Assembly (NCBI RefSeq): GCF_001194135.2
Contig: NC_068990.1
Coordinates: 14,620,925-14,684,924, forward strand
Direction of reading: 5' to 3'
From: Octopus bimaculoides
Lineage: Eukaryota
Length of the DNA stretch: 64,000 nucleotides
Numbering within the stretch: position 1 is the first letter of the stretch; each line of letters starts with the position of its first letter. The notes under the pieces are model-generated. The model had not been told where the DNA came from. It saw nothing but the letters and a program-made list of their open reading frames with translations, and ran no database searches. The translations under genes and the position numbers were made by a program. This document shows positions 1 through 13,435 of the stretch, one piece after another.

Positions 1-6
1 TATATA

Positions 7-42
<36 letters not shown>

Positions 43-59
43 TGAACTAAAGCATAAAT

Positions 60-362
60 GGTGAAGAGTGTTCCAGTTGATTCAATCAATGGAACAGCCT
101 GCTTGTGAAATTAACGAGTAAGTGGATGAGCACTTCAAGGACATGCAGGCCCTTAACGTAGTTCTCGGTGAAATTCAGTGTAACACAGATCTAAAGAGGC
201 CGGTCCTTTGAATCACAGGTTCAACTTATGTTTGCCAGCTGAATGGACTGGAGCAACGTGAAATAAAATGTCTTGCTGAAGAACAAAGCGCACCATCAAG
301 AATCGAACTCACGACATTACGATAGTAAGTTGAATAATCTAACCACTAAACCACACGCCTTC
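60..362 (-). mobile_element. tRNA-derived SINE, family B
   Basis: Minus-strand head GGCGTGTGGTTTAGTGG...GTGAGTTCGATTC; tail ...GTTCCATTGATTGAATCAACTGGAAC. Homologues at 1633-1812, 4660-4830, 5146-5460, 11117-11438, 55231-55358. Confidence 0.85.
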
Positions 363-655
363 GCATAAGCAATACAGAGAGCAAATAATGCATCTGTGAG
401 GCTGTTCGTTGAAGAGTCTTGGTGAATGAAACTTTGCCAATCAGTCGAATGGCTCCCTCTGGGGCGCGGTCTAGGATTTTTCGAAAATATTTCAGTGAAG
501 TGCAACATATATGTTAGCTGTACTCCAAATTGGCTTTTGTACTCAATATGTAACAGGTCTGTAACTGAACAGGGCTAAAATATTGTCTTGCTCTCTTTCT
601 AATTTCAGACGTGGCTATCGTCATAAGTATATAGCGATATACGTATGTAGTGTGA

Positions 656-688
<33 letters not shown>

Positions 689-1054
689 NNNNNNNNNNNN
701 NNNNNNNNNNNNNNNNNNNNNNNNNNNNNNNNNNNNNNNNNNNNNNNNNNNNNNNNNNNNNNNNNNNNNNNNNNNNNNNNNNNNNNNNNNNNNNNNNNNN
801 NNNNNNNNNNNNNNNNNNNNNNNNNNNNNNNNNNNNNNNNNNNNNNNNNNNNNNNNNNNNNNNNNNNNNNNNNNNNNNNNNNNNNNNNNNNNNNNNNNNN
901 NNNNNNNNNNNNNNNNNNNNNNNNNNNNNNNNNNNNNNNNNNNNNNNNNNNNNNNNNNNNNNNNNNNNNNNNNNNNNNNNNNNNNNNNNNNNNNNNNNNN
1001 NNNNNNNNNNNNNNNNNNNNNNTATATATATACATTCAAACACACATATGCATG

Positions 1055-1084
1055 CATACATACATACATACATACATACATACA

Positions 1085-1115
<31 letters not shown>

Positions 1116-1443
1116 GTATTTGCATATATGCATACGTACGTATTTGCATATATATTTATAGCACTTTGATTCAGCTCTCACATTACTTCGTAAGACACGT
1201 CTACCTCCTCAGATGTTCGAAAATTCTGTCAAACTGTTATTAAATGCGTTATTCCAGCCCAACGTATTGAGTATTATTTTCATATGTCCACTCACTTGTA
1301 TGTATGTATGTATGTGTGTGTATGTATGTATGTATGTATGTATGTATGTATGTATGTGTATATGTATGTATGTATGTGTGTATATATATATATTCTTTTA
1401 CTTGTTTGTCATTTGACTGCGTCCAATTTAGTATATGTATTGC

Positions 1444-1504
<61 letters not shown>
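1055..1504. repeat. Microsatellite cluster: (TACA)n, (TATG)n, (GATA)n
   Basis: Directly visible. Similar tracts at 1-43, 45487-45560 (GT/GA) and 59047-59212. Confidence 0.95.
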
Positions 1505-1505
<1 letters not shown>

Positions 1506-4340
1506 CGGACGGACAGATAGTGAGGTACCGTATGAGTTAAAAGATGTGATGTGATTGTTGAGTGAGCTCGAGTAAATGGAATATCCAGAGAGATGATTTG
1601 GAAGAGAGAAAAGACCATTGTAGCAGCAGTGGAATAAGTAAAATAAGTCATAACTGTCACTCCGTCGGTTACGACGACGAGCGTTCCAGTTGATCCGATC
1701 AACGGAACATCCTTCTCGTGAAAGTAACGTGCAAATGGCTGAGCACTCAACAGACATGTATATCCTTAACATAGGTCTCAAGGAGGGAGCTTCAGCGCAA
1801 CACAGAATGTGATACACTTACATACATATGTGTGTGTGTGTATATACATACATGAGGTGTATTCGTGAGAGAAATAGAGGTGTTTGTTCCTACATCTGTG
1901 CATGTACATGATGCATACTAATAAAAATGCAATGCAAAGAAACAAATTATATCAAAATTTTACCTATTTTCCTGGGCGTTGGTTTGGTTGAAACATCCCA
2001 GAAGAAATAGCAAGAAAACAGAGAACAGTGATGGTGCCCTAGGAACCATCCTGATTGTTTAATGTTGTAAATTTGGTTTCTTTGTTCCTTCTTAAGTTCC
2101 AACTGATATTTTCTTGTAAAAAATATTTCAATCAGATGGGTCTTTGGTCTCGCTACTTGGGAAAGCGAGTTTGAACCAGCGAGAAAGGACGATCGAAAGC
2201 TTTATATACTACGACAGGAACACATTCCAGAGATAATTACAGCTGAAGTAAACAATTTGTCCAATACAGATGTGAAGGTGTCTTCATATTTGTCCGGAGT
2301 AAATCAATGTAATTTTCAAAAACAGCTTTGAAGAATTTTGTTTTGGCATTGATTTATTTTTCTTCGTTTTATTAAACCTGGGAATACAAAATGTGGTTTG
2401 TTTGTTTGCCCCTATTTTATTTTCTTTTACGTAAGAAGAAATCATTACAAAGGAAAATGGAACAATGAAACTTAAACATTCCAAGATACGTTTGTATTAG
2501 TTGTAGCTAATTGGTCAATGAAGTATACGCCTACGATGATAGAGTTACGCAAGTTAAATTTCATTTAATTATCACTTTTAATGAATAATATTTTTTTAAG
2601 CAGCAAAGAGCAACATATTTACAGTCGGTCATTATTTTTCGTTTCAGTTTGCTGTGTATAAAATTGGTTTTAATTTTTAGCACAAGGCCAGCAATCTTAA
2701 GCCAGTGGGTAAGTCGATTACATCGACCCCAGTTCTCAACTGATACATATTTTATCGACCATGAATGGTTGAAAGGTAAAGTCAAAGTCGGCGGAATTTG
2801 AACGTAAAGACGGACAAAATGGTGCTAAGCATTTTGCCCGTCGTGCTAACGATTCTACCAGCTCTCCGACTTGTTGCGTATAATATTGATTACTAACAAA
2901 AACAAAAGACGGCTGGCTATGACAGTGTCTAGAGTGGAACCCCAACGACTGGTTGCATTAGTTAAGGGATCTTGAAGAAGGAAGAATGTCTTGTAATATA
3001 TATACGTTGGGAAAATAAACTAGTTGGGTCGGCAAGATGACAGAATCGTTAGATCGTTGGTAAAAATGCTTTGCGTATATTCCGTCTCTTTATGTTCCGA
3101 ATTTAAAACCCAACGAGATAATCTTTACCTGTCGCCCTTTTGGTATCGACAAAATAGAACTAGTCAAGTACCGGGGTCAATGGTATTGACTACTCCTTCC
3201 CTTTAAAATTGCTACCCTTGTGCTGACATCATAAACCATTCTTTGTTGAAAATGTTAGCAGTTAGTTCCCTAGTTCGTATCCGAGTTTGAAGTTTTGGTT
3301 ACACACACTCACAAACACACGCGCGCGCACGCACACATTCATAAGAAGTTTATTTTACAATCGTGAGGTCCTGGGTTTGATTTCTGTGTGTTACATTCTT
3401 GAGTCAACCCAAGACTTGTGACTTGGCGGACAGAAACTTGTGGGAGCCCTTCTGGTGTGATTGTACATGTAATTCAAAGAACCGACTTCGTCAGAGACAA
3501 TGTCACACTTACTCTGCCCGAGAATTAGACTAAGGCTACACCTGTACATGGAATATTCGGCTACTCATACATTAGTTCAATGAGCAAGTAGCTCATTTGA
3601 TCGAACTACTGACTATTCATCGTAGAAACCGACTGAGATCCATTACTTTTGACAGAAATAGAACTAACCCTATCAGAATATTTAACTGTTCTAGATACAT
3701 AGTTTTTTTACTAGTTGTAATCAGTAATATATTACCATATAGGGATACCGCTACCGTATTGTCATGCCTCTATCAAAATATTAGTTTCAAATTTTGGTAT
3801 AAGGCCAGCAATTTCAAGGGAAGGGGATAAATCGATTACATCGACCACACTGCTCAAATCGGTACTTATTTTAATCGACACGAAAAAGATGAAAGGCAGA
3901 ATTTGAACTCAGAACGTAAAAACGGACGAAATGCTTCTAAGTGGTTTGCCCAGCGTGCTAACGATTCTGCCAGCTCGTCGCTATCAAAATATTGATGTCG
4001 GTCTTGAACTCGATATCTTCCTTTGTAAAGGACATTACATTTCTATTACAGCAGCTCAGTGGGTGGATTAAAATCAAATGTGATCTCAGACATGTAAATT
4101 ACTTCAATACAAGCCGGAAAGCAATTAATCTAATTAATAAAGTTAGTGCTAATCAATAATATTAATACGCCAACTTGTTGTTTTTGTACGTCCGTACTTG
4201 TGGTGTGTGTCACACTTATCTCATTGGAAGAAGTGAGTGGTAAAGCGGGAGAGAGTGGGGCAGAGAGGAAGTGAGAGAGAAAGGGAGATAGTGAGTGGTG
4301 ACGGTGTTCGCGTTGTGTTTTTAAATGTTTATTACATCGC

Positions 4341-4612
4341 AAGAAAAGTTGATACATAGATACATACATACATTGTTAAATAAAAAGCGGGAGAGAGGAG
4401 GGATACTGGAAGAAAGAAAGAGAGAAGGTGAGAGAGACAGTAGATACATATATCGAAAGAAAGTTGATACATAGATACATAGATACATACATTGTTAAAT
4501 AAAAAGCGGGGGGGAGGAGGGACACAGAGGAAGTAAGAGAGAAAGAAAGTGAGAGACAGAAGATACATAGATCGAAAGAAAGTTGAAACATAGATACGTA
4601 GACACATTGTTA
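4341..4612. repeat. ~120-bp minisatellite, ~2.3 copies
   Basis: Repeated GAAAGTTGATACATAGATAC...TTGTTAAATAAAAAGCGGG block. Confidence 0.85.
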
Positions 4613-5145
4613 GATCAAAGACAACTACAACAAATATTGGATGTCACTTTCACTTTTCATTACCACACGAGGATAAAATTAACTCGCAAGTGGCTGAGTA
4701 CTCCACAGACATGCATACTATTAATGTAGTTCTCAGGAAGATTCAGCCTCATATAGAATATGACAAGGCTGGCCTCTTTGAATTACAGCTACAACTCATT
4801 TTAGCCAGCTGAGTGGACTGGAGCAAGATAAACCTTCAAGTAGTTGGAAGAAAGCGAAAAAAGATCCTATATAAGGACAGGAAAATCTTTTTAGTCATTA
4901 GGGTCACTATGGGTGTTAATCCGGTCCTAACAGCGGCGTTTGTAGGTCTCACAGATCTCGAGACCAAGACACCCAAATAAACACTGATGCGCAGGCTGTT
5001 GTTATCAAACTGAGCGTGAGTCGAGGGCGAATACACGATGGAATAGCAATCATTTCGTCTTAGCTTTCACTGCTTATACTAAACACATGACATTTTTGCT
5101 TACGATATGGAACATTTCCTTTTCTTTCACTCTTCTTTAAAAAGA

Positions 5146-5460
5146 GCACTGTCGGTTACGACCACGAGGTACCTGTTTATCTGATCAACGGAACAGTCTG
5201 CTCGTAAAATTAATGCGCAAGTGACTGGGTACTCTTCAGATATGCATACTATAAGGTTGTTCTCTGGGAGATTCAGCCTCACACAGAATGTGACAAGGCT
5301 GGCTCCTTTGAATTACAGCTACAGCTCATTTTTGCCAGCTGAGTGGACTGCAGCAACGTGAAGTAGAGTACCTTGCTCAAGAACACAGCGCGCCATAGGG
5401 AATCGTAGCCGAATACTCGTAGGCCGAATACCCCTAACCACTGAGCCACGCACCTTCACT
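5146..5460 (-). mobile_element. tRNA-derived SINE, family B
   Basis: Full-length similarity to 60-362 and 11117-11438. Confidence 0.85.
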
Positions 5461-7311
5461 CTCTTAACCGTAGAGAAAAGGAGTGAAGCAATAGAGACAG
5501 AGACAGGAAAGCATCAGTCATTTACAATGACAATTCGACTGAAATTCGATCGATCTTTTCTTGCTTCGTTACTTTTAATAATGAAGAAGAAGGAAAGACA
5601 TTTAGTAATGAATAAAGGGAAAGTCTTTCAGGTGTTTATGTTTTTATTCTGGGGGTTCTAGAACGACCGAGTATTAGTTCTTTCTTATTTCCCCCACCCC
5701 CGGTACTTATTCGCCTTCTTTCATAGTTATTCATGTCTTTTAGTCAGTGGGGAAAGACCATGTTTTTTTTGTTTGTTTTTTTTCAGACACGTTTAACGTT
5801 TTCTCTACAAACTACAAACAAACTTGCCTCTCTTCCTCTTTTTTTTTTTATATACAAAAACTAATGCAAATTTCGAACGGGGTATAACTGTGAAAAGAGC
5901 CCAGAAAAATGGGTAATACTCCCTACAAAATGGGCGGGGAGAAAAGTTGCCAATAGGTGACTACACGAAATTCAACTCTATACTTTCAAGAGTCTTCTAC
6001 TATAGTTTCAGGCCGACCAAAGCCTCGTGAGTAAATTTGGTAGACGGAAACTGAAAGAAGCTCGTCATATATATATGTGTGTGTGTGTGTGTCTATGTTT
6101 GTCTTCCCACCACCATTGCTTGACAACCGATATGTGCTTACGTTCCCGTAACTTAGCTGTTCGGCAGAAGAGACTGATAGAATAAGCACCAGGCTTACAG
6201 GAAATGAGTCCAGGGGCTCCAGCATAACCACCGTCAATTGACTGAAATAAGTAAAAGAATACCAGAAGAACGTTCCGTACCACTAAACCAAGAATGTTCT
6301 TTGAATATGTACAATGTATTTTAAGGCTAAATAGTAATTATTTTATTCTTTTATTTGTTTCAGTCATTTCACTGCGGCCATGCTGGAGCACCGCCTTTTG
6401 TCGAGCAAATCGACCCCAGGACTTATTCTTTGTAAGCCTAGTACTTATTCTATCGGTCGCTCTTGCCGAACCGGTAAGTGACGGTGACATAAACACACTT
6501 GCATCGGTTGTCAAGCGATGTTGGTGGGGGACAAACCAGACACGCAAACATATCTATATACATATATATATATATATANNNNNNNNNNNNNNNNNNNNNN
6601 NNNNNNNNNNNNNNNNNNNNNNNNNNNNNNNNNNNNNNNNNNNNNNNNNNNNNNNNNNNNNNNNNNNNNNNNNNNNNNNNNNNNNNNNNNNNNNNNNNNN
6701 NNNNNNNNNNNNNTCGATGAAAATCCACTGTCACATATAGAAAAATTATATTTACTTTGTATTATATTATACTCATTTATTGTGCTTTTAATTATTAATT
6801 TTTCTATATGTGACAGTGGATTTTCAACGATGAGTTCATGAACTTTGGTTCTTGTCCCTAAAACTTTATATTTATATATATATATTACTCTGTGAAACTT
6901 AATTTAATTTTATTTTTTAATAAATTGATTTTAATTGAGTTTTTACCTGTAATTTTGGATGTTATCCCTAATATTATTATTATTATATTATTATTATTAT
7001 TATTATATATATATATACGACGAGCTTCTTTCAGTTTCCGTCTACCAAATCCACTCACAAGGCTTTGGTCGACCCGACGCTGTAGTAGAAGACACTTGCC
7101 CAAGGTACCACGCAGGACTGAACCCGGAACCATGTGGTTGGTAAGCAAGCTACTTACCACACAGTACGTTTGCGCAACTGAGATATTTTAGTTGGATTAT
7201 ATAGTTATCGGTTTTACGCTTCTTTCTATATTCTGTAACAGTCACAATATAGGAACAGTTCTCATGGCACCAACACACAATTTACAGATGCTTACATTTT
7301 TTTAATATTTT

Positions 7312-7338
7312 CCGTGAATTTTTCACGGGTTCAGCTGG
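7312..7338 (+). mobile_element. Possible Helitron 3' terminus
   Basis: Hairpin CCGTGAA-TTT-TTCACGG, 6 nt, then CTGG|T (CTRR). 5' end not located. Confidence 0.35.
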
Positions 7339-8778
7339 TATATTAATAATATGCTAAAAGCAGTATATTGCCTGAACTTCGGCCCAAAATATTTTGCAGT
7401 ATTTAATTACGGCCTTTTGCATTCGAATTCTACAAGGGTTTTAACTTTGCCATACATTCTTCTAGGTTCGATGAAATAAAGTAGTGGTCATACACCTGGG
7501 CACTGTAATACAACAATTTCTTTCATATATTTCATAACCGAAAGTGCTGTATTAGACAATAAATGTTCAATGAGAAACTAGGATAGTTTATGGTTGATCT
7601 GGGTCTAAAGAACAACATGCTTTGAAATGCTAATTTATGAATGGGGAGGAAACATTTTGCCGTTCTTATAGATTTAACTCTAAAATACCATAGAAATGCA
7701 GAAATTTTAAAATTTATATTAATAACGAAGCGTCAGATAGTGGTCGAGAGAGGGAGGTCGCGTGTACGTGTGTTTATATATATATATATATATATATATA
7801 CTTACTAGAACCGTATCGCATGTTATCAAAGAACGATTGTTGTGACGCAGTACAATCCAAAAGAAGGAAAATGACTTGAGCTAAAATAAATAAAAAATAT
7901 ATACATAAATAAATCTCGTCTGTGATTAATGATTATCGATAGTGACATATGACAGCTAGGAATTTGACTAACGTGCTATGTAAGTCGTTTTCTTCTCCTC
8001 TTCATTTAGATCACCGATTGATTTCAGCATATATTCGTAAACATTAAGAATGGTCTGCAAACACGAAAGTATATTTCTGCAAGCATATGTTCTCCATTGA
8101 TTCTTTCGATTAAACTGTACACGGTTAGTAACTAAACAGACATGAAAATAACTAAGCTACTAATCCAAACTCAAATAGATCACGGCAATATATTCGGTGA
8201 TTATTGACTTACAAATAAGTTTTGTATTGCTTCTGCAATAAGGAAAACAATATGGCGGAATCTATGTAGATGTATAGTGCATGTATCTGTGTATGATGTT
8301 GTGTGTGTGTGTGTGTCTGTGTCTCTGTGTGTGTATAGGTTAAATGAGTGTACGTTTGCGTATATGTATGTGTGAGAGTGTGTGTTATTGCGAGAGGCAG
8401 AGAGAGTGTATGTGTGTGTGCGTTGTTGATTTTGTTCTTGCCCTTGTTTAGCCTCGATTGACCCCAACTGACAATAACCCAAATCGACAAACACCACCTC
8501 CTACCCATCCCACATTACAAACCTAGTGAAACTTTTGGGTGGAGTCTCTCCTTAATTAATGGAGAAGGAATACGTAGCCAAGTGGTTAAGCAACAGGGCT
8601 CTTGATCATAAGGTCATGATTTCGATTCTCCCTCCGGAAGACACATTGTCTTTTGGCAAGGCATTTTATTCAGCTGACAAAAATGAGTATTGAAACTGAC
8701 TAAGCCCCCAACCATCATCATGTTACCAAGTCTGCCTCCTTGCCGCCTTTTTATCACTCAATATAGCTTGCTCCTTCT

Positions 8779-8988
8779 AAGGTGGCGAGCTGGCAGAATT
8801 GTTTGCACAACGAGTAAAACATTTAGCAGCATTTCGTCCTGCTTCACGTTCTGAGTTCAAATTCCGCCAATGTCGACTCTGCCTTTCATCCTTTCGGAGT
8901 TGATAAAATAAGCCCCAGTACAGCACTAGGAGCGATGTAATCGACTTCCCACCACCCGAATTTGCTGGCCTTGTGCCAAAATTTGAAG
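8779..8988 (+). mobile_element. SINE family A (GGCGAGCTGGCAGAA head; CCTTTCATCCTTTCGGGGTCGATAAA core)
   Basis: More than 15 homologous copies in the window, e.g. 2690-2870, 3786-3980, 17901-18090, 23468-23668, 29050-29228, 40827-41045, 51420-51545, 51990-52355, 63578-63785. Confidence 0.85.
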
Positions 8989-9413
8989 CCAATATAGCTA
9001 GCTCCCTCTTCTTCAGCTCTCTTGCAACAGCTTAGTTTCGTTTTCAATCCCACTGTGCGATATTTTGGGCATGTGCCTTCAACTATAACTCCGAACAGCC
9101 CAATATATTAGTGGATTTAGCAGACGAAAACTTTCGAAACCCATCGTATATGTGGGTATGTGAATGAAAGAAAGTGTGAGTGTGTGCACGAATTTTTGTA
9201 TGCGTGTGTATCTTTATCCATGTTATCCCCTTCCCTAACGGTTGACAACTGGTGTTGGTTTGTTAACGTCCCCGTAACATATGGGTTCGGAAGATAGAAT
9301 AAATTCCGACTTTAAAAATAAATACTGGGATCGTTCGACTAAAAGCCTCGAAGCAGTGTCCCAACATGTCCGCAGTCTTATGAATGAAACAAATAAAAGA
9401 CATTTTACAATAA

Positions 9414-9895
9414 GAAATTAGCTGCCCAGTGGATGTTAACATAACGATGAAGATCAGTGAAAAAGAGAACACCTATGCTGAACTATTGACAAATCTGCAG
9501 TTACTCTATCCAGATTACAAGTTCAGGTAATAACTACCTGTAATTATTGAGACCCTGGGATATGTAACACACTGCCTAAATACCAATCTTGAGAAATTAG
9601 GCTTCTCAAAACCAGAAAGGAGAAAGCTAATTCGAAGACTAAAGATCCAATCCATCACTGGAACTGTAAAAATCTGTAAAACTTTCCAGAAGTTTATTAT
9701 TTAAATATATATGAGAATGTCCAGATATGCAACTATATGCATGAGAATACATACATAACACAAAACATACATACATATATACATACAAAAATACCCTGTT
9801 ATTGATGTTGAAATTCTAATGAAGGAGCCTTGGATCTAGGTTAGAAACCGGCTCTTTCTCTATTGGCAAGAAATCTTGAAACAAAACTGAATAAT
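9414..9895 (+). mobile_element. 3' end of an R4/Dong-like non-LTR retrotransposon (restriction-like endonuclease domain)
   Basis: EISCPVDVNITMKISEKENTYAELL...LPVIIETLGYV...TVKICKTFQKFII* (9414-9704, two in-frame stops), followed by a 3' UTR. Confidence 0.75.
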
Positions 9896-10093
9896 GACAT
9901 ACGTACATAACGCAAGAATCTTTTCTGTTTGGCTGCACTTTTTGATATTTCAAATTTGATGTATTGATGTAATTTTTCATGCTGAATCTCATGGCCTAAT
10001 TCACTTGTTCCAAGAAGTTTTTGCAAAGTTACAGAGCATTAAATACTTCAATAATGTACTTAAAAATATGTTCTTAAAAAATATCGTAGATTT

Positions 10094-10240
10094 TTTTTTT
10101 AGAATTAAATTTTAAACTATTTTTAGACTTAGATATGAAAATTTTTTAGATTTAAATTTGAAACTCTTTTTAAATTTAAATATGAAACTTTTTTTTAGAT
10201 TTAAATAAAATTTCTTTTTTTAGATTTAAATATGAAACTT
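10094..10240. repeat. AT-rich ~23-bp tandem repeat (TTTTAGATTTAAATATGAAACT), ~6 degenerate copies
   Basis: Directly visible. Confidence 0.8.
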
Positions 10241-11116
10241 ATCCTCTTCTCATAGAGTTCTGATCTATAGAAACTAGGCTGTTTTGAAATCATTTTTGGA
10301 TGCAGTTCAATAAATGATATATTCAAAGCAAAAGAAATAGGACGAAAGCTACATGAATGTTAAACAACTAAGTCGTGCCACTTGAAAGAAATAGTAATGC
10401 AAAAGACGATTGGTTTATTTATTTTAAAACATCTTTCATTAAATGTAATTAGACAAAAATATTTTTATTGTCTTCTTGAGTAACAGCTTGAACGGTAACA
10501 GCTTAGCGAGAGTTGGGTAATCTTAGAAATTAGCATCCATTATCTCTGCTAAATACAATCATAACAACAACAAAATATAAAAAAAGGATTATCATTGTAC
10601 TTAGATTAATTCAGACAAGAATCAGCAGAACAATGGACAAAAATTCCTGGCAGTATTTAGTCGCGTATTTTCATATTCTGAGTTCAAATATCACCGAAGT
10701 CGATTTTGTATTTTAATCCTTCTGGATTCGATCAAATAAGTCCCAGTCTAGTTTGTATTCAAAGCCATCGCTTATAATGTTTTCCGAAATTGAAAACTTT
10801 AGAAATAATAATGCTTCGATTATTACATTAACCGTCGGAAACTATTCTTACTGTCACAATGTTTTTAAGCATATTTACAAAAGATGAATACATACAATAT
10901 TTATATAAATATATACAAATGATGAATGAGACATCTCACCGATTCTTGCCGGCAAGATAACGTTAACTTTGCCGATTTCCCTGTCTTATTGCTTACAATG
11001 GTGGCCTATACTATCGTATGTTAACTACTTACAGCAAGATGGACTAAACTAATGTTTTCTAAATGCCTCAGTCGTGGACTGCATACACTATAGTGACTCT
11101 AGAGATTTGACAGTAA

Positions 11117-11438
11117 CTGGCACTCCGTCAGTTGCGACGACAAGTGTTCCAGTTGATCCGATCAACGGAACAGCCTACTCGTGAAATTAACGTGCAAGTG
11201 GCTACTGTTCACTCAACAGGTACACGTTTGCTTGACGTAGTTCTCGGGGAGGTTCAGCGTGACACAGAATGTGACAAGGCTGGCCCTTTGAAATACAGGT
11301 TCTACTCATGTTTGCCAGCTGAGTGGACTGAGACAAAGTGAAAAAGTATCCTACTCAAGGACACAACGCGTCACCAGAAATCGAACTCACGAGCTTACGA
11401 TCGCGAGCCGAATGCCCTAACCACTAAGCTACACGCCT
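11117..11438 (-). mobile_element. tRNA-derived SINE, family B
   Basis: A box TAGCTTAGTGG and B box GAGTTCGATTT on the minus strand; shared tail. Confidence 0.85.
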
Positions 11439-11469
11439 ATATTCCTAATACTACAACTCTAATGAGACT

Positions 11470-12290
11470 ACTTCCAATGAGGTCAACAAGGTGCGATGTG
11501 ATCACGTCATGTAGAATAGAAGCTGGTCAAGTCGATAAAACGTTCGAAATATTGGTTACCAGTTCGAATACATCAAAAACAATTACCGCAGCTTCCCTTT
11601 ATATGGGAAGACCAAGCAGAGTGCTTTTGTTTGGTGAGTATAATGAAAGACATTGTATAGTAGATGTGACTGAAAGCCTGAAGACACTATAGGAAAGTTG
11701 GTTATACATCATTAGATGTATACCTGACTTTCCTATATAAAATTAAGAATATAACGGAACGCCGAACTCCAGACTATCAACTTAAACAACATCTTATTTA
11801 GGTGGTAAATATATACATCTTTAGGTCTTGTTGTTACAGCTTCTATGTGTGTGAGCATAGTTGTTGGGACGTGTTGTGTAGATGTGAGCGAGCTGTCGAG
11901 TGTAAGTCCGAAAGATGGAGAGTGACAGCTATACACGTAAAGAGACTGTCTCCAGGCTGGAATGTCAGAGACACCGCTTGACACGTCCATGCTCTATTGC
12001 TGGCCAGCAAGAAAGAGATAGAATTAAGCGGGAACGCTTGCTTGTTTAATTCCACGCATGCGTGAGACTACGCATGCGCACGGCGTTACTACAACACTTT
12101 CCTATTCTTCCAATCCTCGTCGACTTTTTCAAGTTCAAAATGATGGGGAAAGTGGAGAGAGGGAGGGGTGTTACCTCCGCAGCTGTAGATTTGTTTAAAA
12201 TGAATAAAAGCAGCGAAGGTGGCCCAAGTAAATTAAGCCTACTCACAGTGTACGCCTCTAAGCCACAAAATAACAGTTGAGAGAGTGTTC
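11470..12290 (+). mobile_element. Possible degenerate Tx1/L1-like ORF2 C-terminus, interrupted by the element at 11688-12093
   Basis: LVDFFKFKMMGKVERGRGV resembles the C-terminus of Tx1-like ORF2. Weak. Confidence 0.3.
11688..12093 (-). mobile_element. ~400-bp LTR-like element with TG...TA ends, copy A
   Basis: Starts TGTAGTAACGCCG, ends ACTTTCCTATA. Direct repeat ACAC (4 bp; ACACT if 5 bp) on both flanks. Homologous to 21839-22019 and 54887-55231. Confidence 0.8.
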
Positions 12291-13063
12291 CAAGGTAATC
12301 AACCTGATCCTGGATCTGAAGACTTCCTCAATTAACATTAGGTGACAGTCCTACTCTTAGATTAGAACACAAATTTACATACTGTGCATGCTTTCAATGT
12401 CTTTTTTTCAATTTATTCCCATGTAAACTGCCACACGTTTGTAACCTGTCCATGTAAATGTCTCCGCTCATCTATCACCTCATGACAAATGAAAGAAACC
12501 ATTACTTGCTATATACCCTCTACCCCACCAAAGTCTGGCTGGCTTGATCAGAACTAACCTGGGTCCTAAATTACAAATCACCACAACTATCTCCAATAAC
12601 ACTAACTACTACTATATATATATATATTGTTAGTGTATGCAGTACTCCTAAAAGCATTGTGTCTGCAAAGAAAAATCACGCTCGAATGCCTTTGGTACAA
12701 AAGTCGGTTTGCTTAAAGCTGACCGAGGGTTAAGAAACAACAGCAACGAAGTCTTCAATAGTATGCTTACCACCCGATTTTCTGTCTATCTAAAGATGTT
12801 TATTTAATCTTTTTTATTCATGAAGTAGGCTATATTTAAAGTTAATAGTTATCATTCGTATACATTTCCGTTTATCGCTATTTCACGTCTTTTACGTCGC
12901 AAATGCTTTGAAGGTAGAGCGTGAACATTACAACAATTTTTTTTTTTTTTATTGTTTGCATGTTTACTTGAATAAAAGAAATCAATGAGAAACAAGAAAA
13001 TTGCAGCAAAGCTGCGTGATAGTGGTGTCAGTGGTGGCATGAAGACCATCATATAACTTGTTT

Positions 13064-13306
13064 GGTGCTACATTGGTATGCGATCTACATAGCCAACGTG
13101 ATCTACAAGAGTCAAATTCTACTTTAGTATGCGATCTACATGTTTCATTTATTTCATCAGCTAGAAAGTAAAAAACAGATAATTAAAATTTGTATACATT
13201 TATTATTAAAAAGAAATTAGAATGAAGCAAATTTGAAACAAGCATACTAATTTTATCGTTAATTCATTCTTAAAATATATTATTTAATATAAAGTGTAGA
13301 TCGCGG
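13064..13306. mobile_element. Fragment related to the GGTGCT-TIR MITE
   Basis: Begins GGTGCTACATTGGTATGCGATCTACA, with repeated GATCTACA/TGTAGATC motifs as in 19540-20092. Confidence 0.5.
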
Positions 13307-13435
13307 TGTGGAAGACGAGTGCCTCATATTGGAAGGGTATATGGCCCATGAAAAGAAAATTGTAAGAGGCAAGTGCCTCATTTCAAAGACATGGTGTTAC
13401 TCTTTCATATCTATGTGCATGCGTAGGTATACGTA

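Noticed and set aside
514-1181. Long ORFs made of X and YIYI/MYVC runs (also at 6294-6841, 18022-18563, 50797-51069, 58829-59357, 62519-63256)
   Set aside because: They span N gaps or microsatellites and are artefacts of the ORF caller.
13140-13165. Minus-strand CTGATGA...GAAAC as a second hammerhead
   Set aside because: Only AATAAAT lies between the core halves, so there is no stem II and no stem I pairing.
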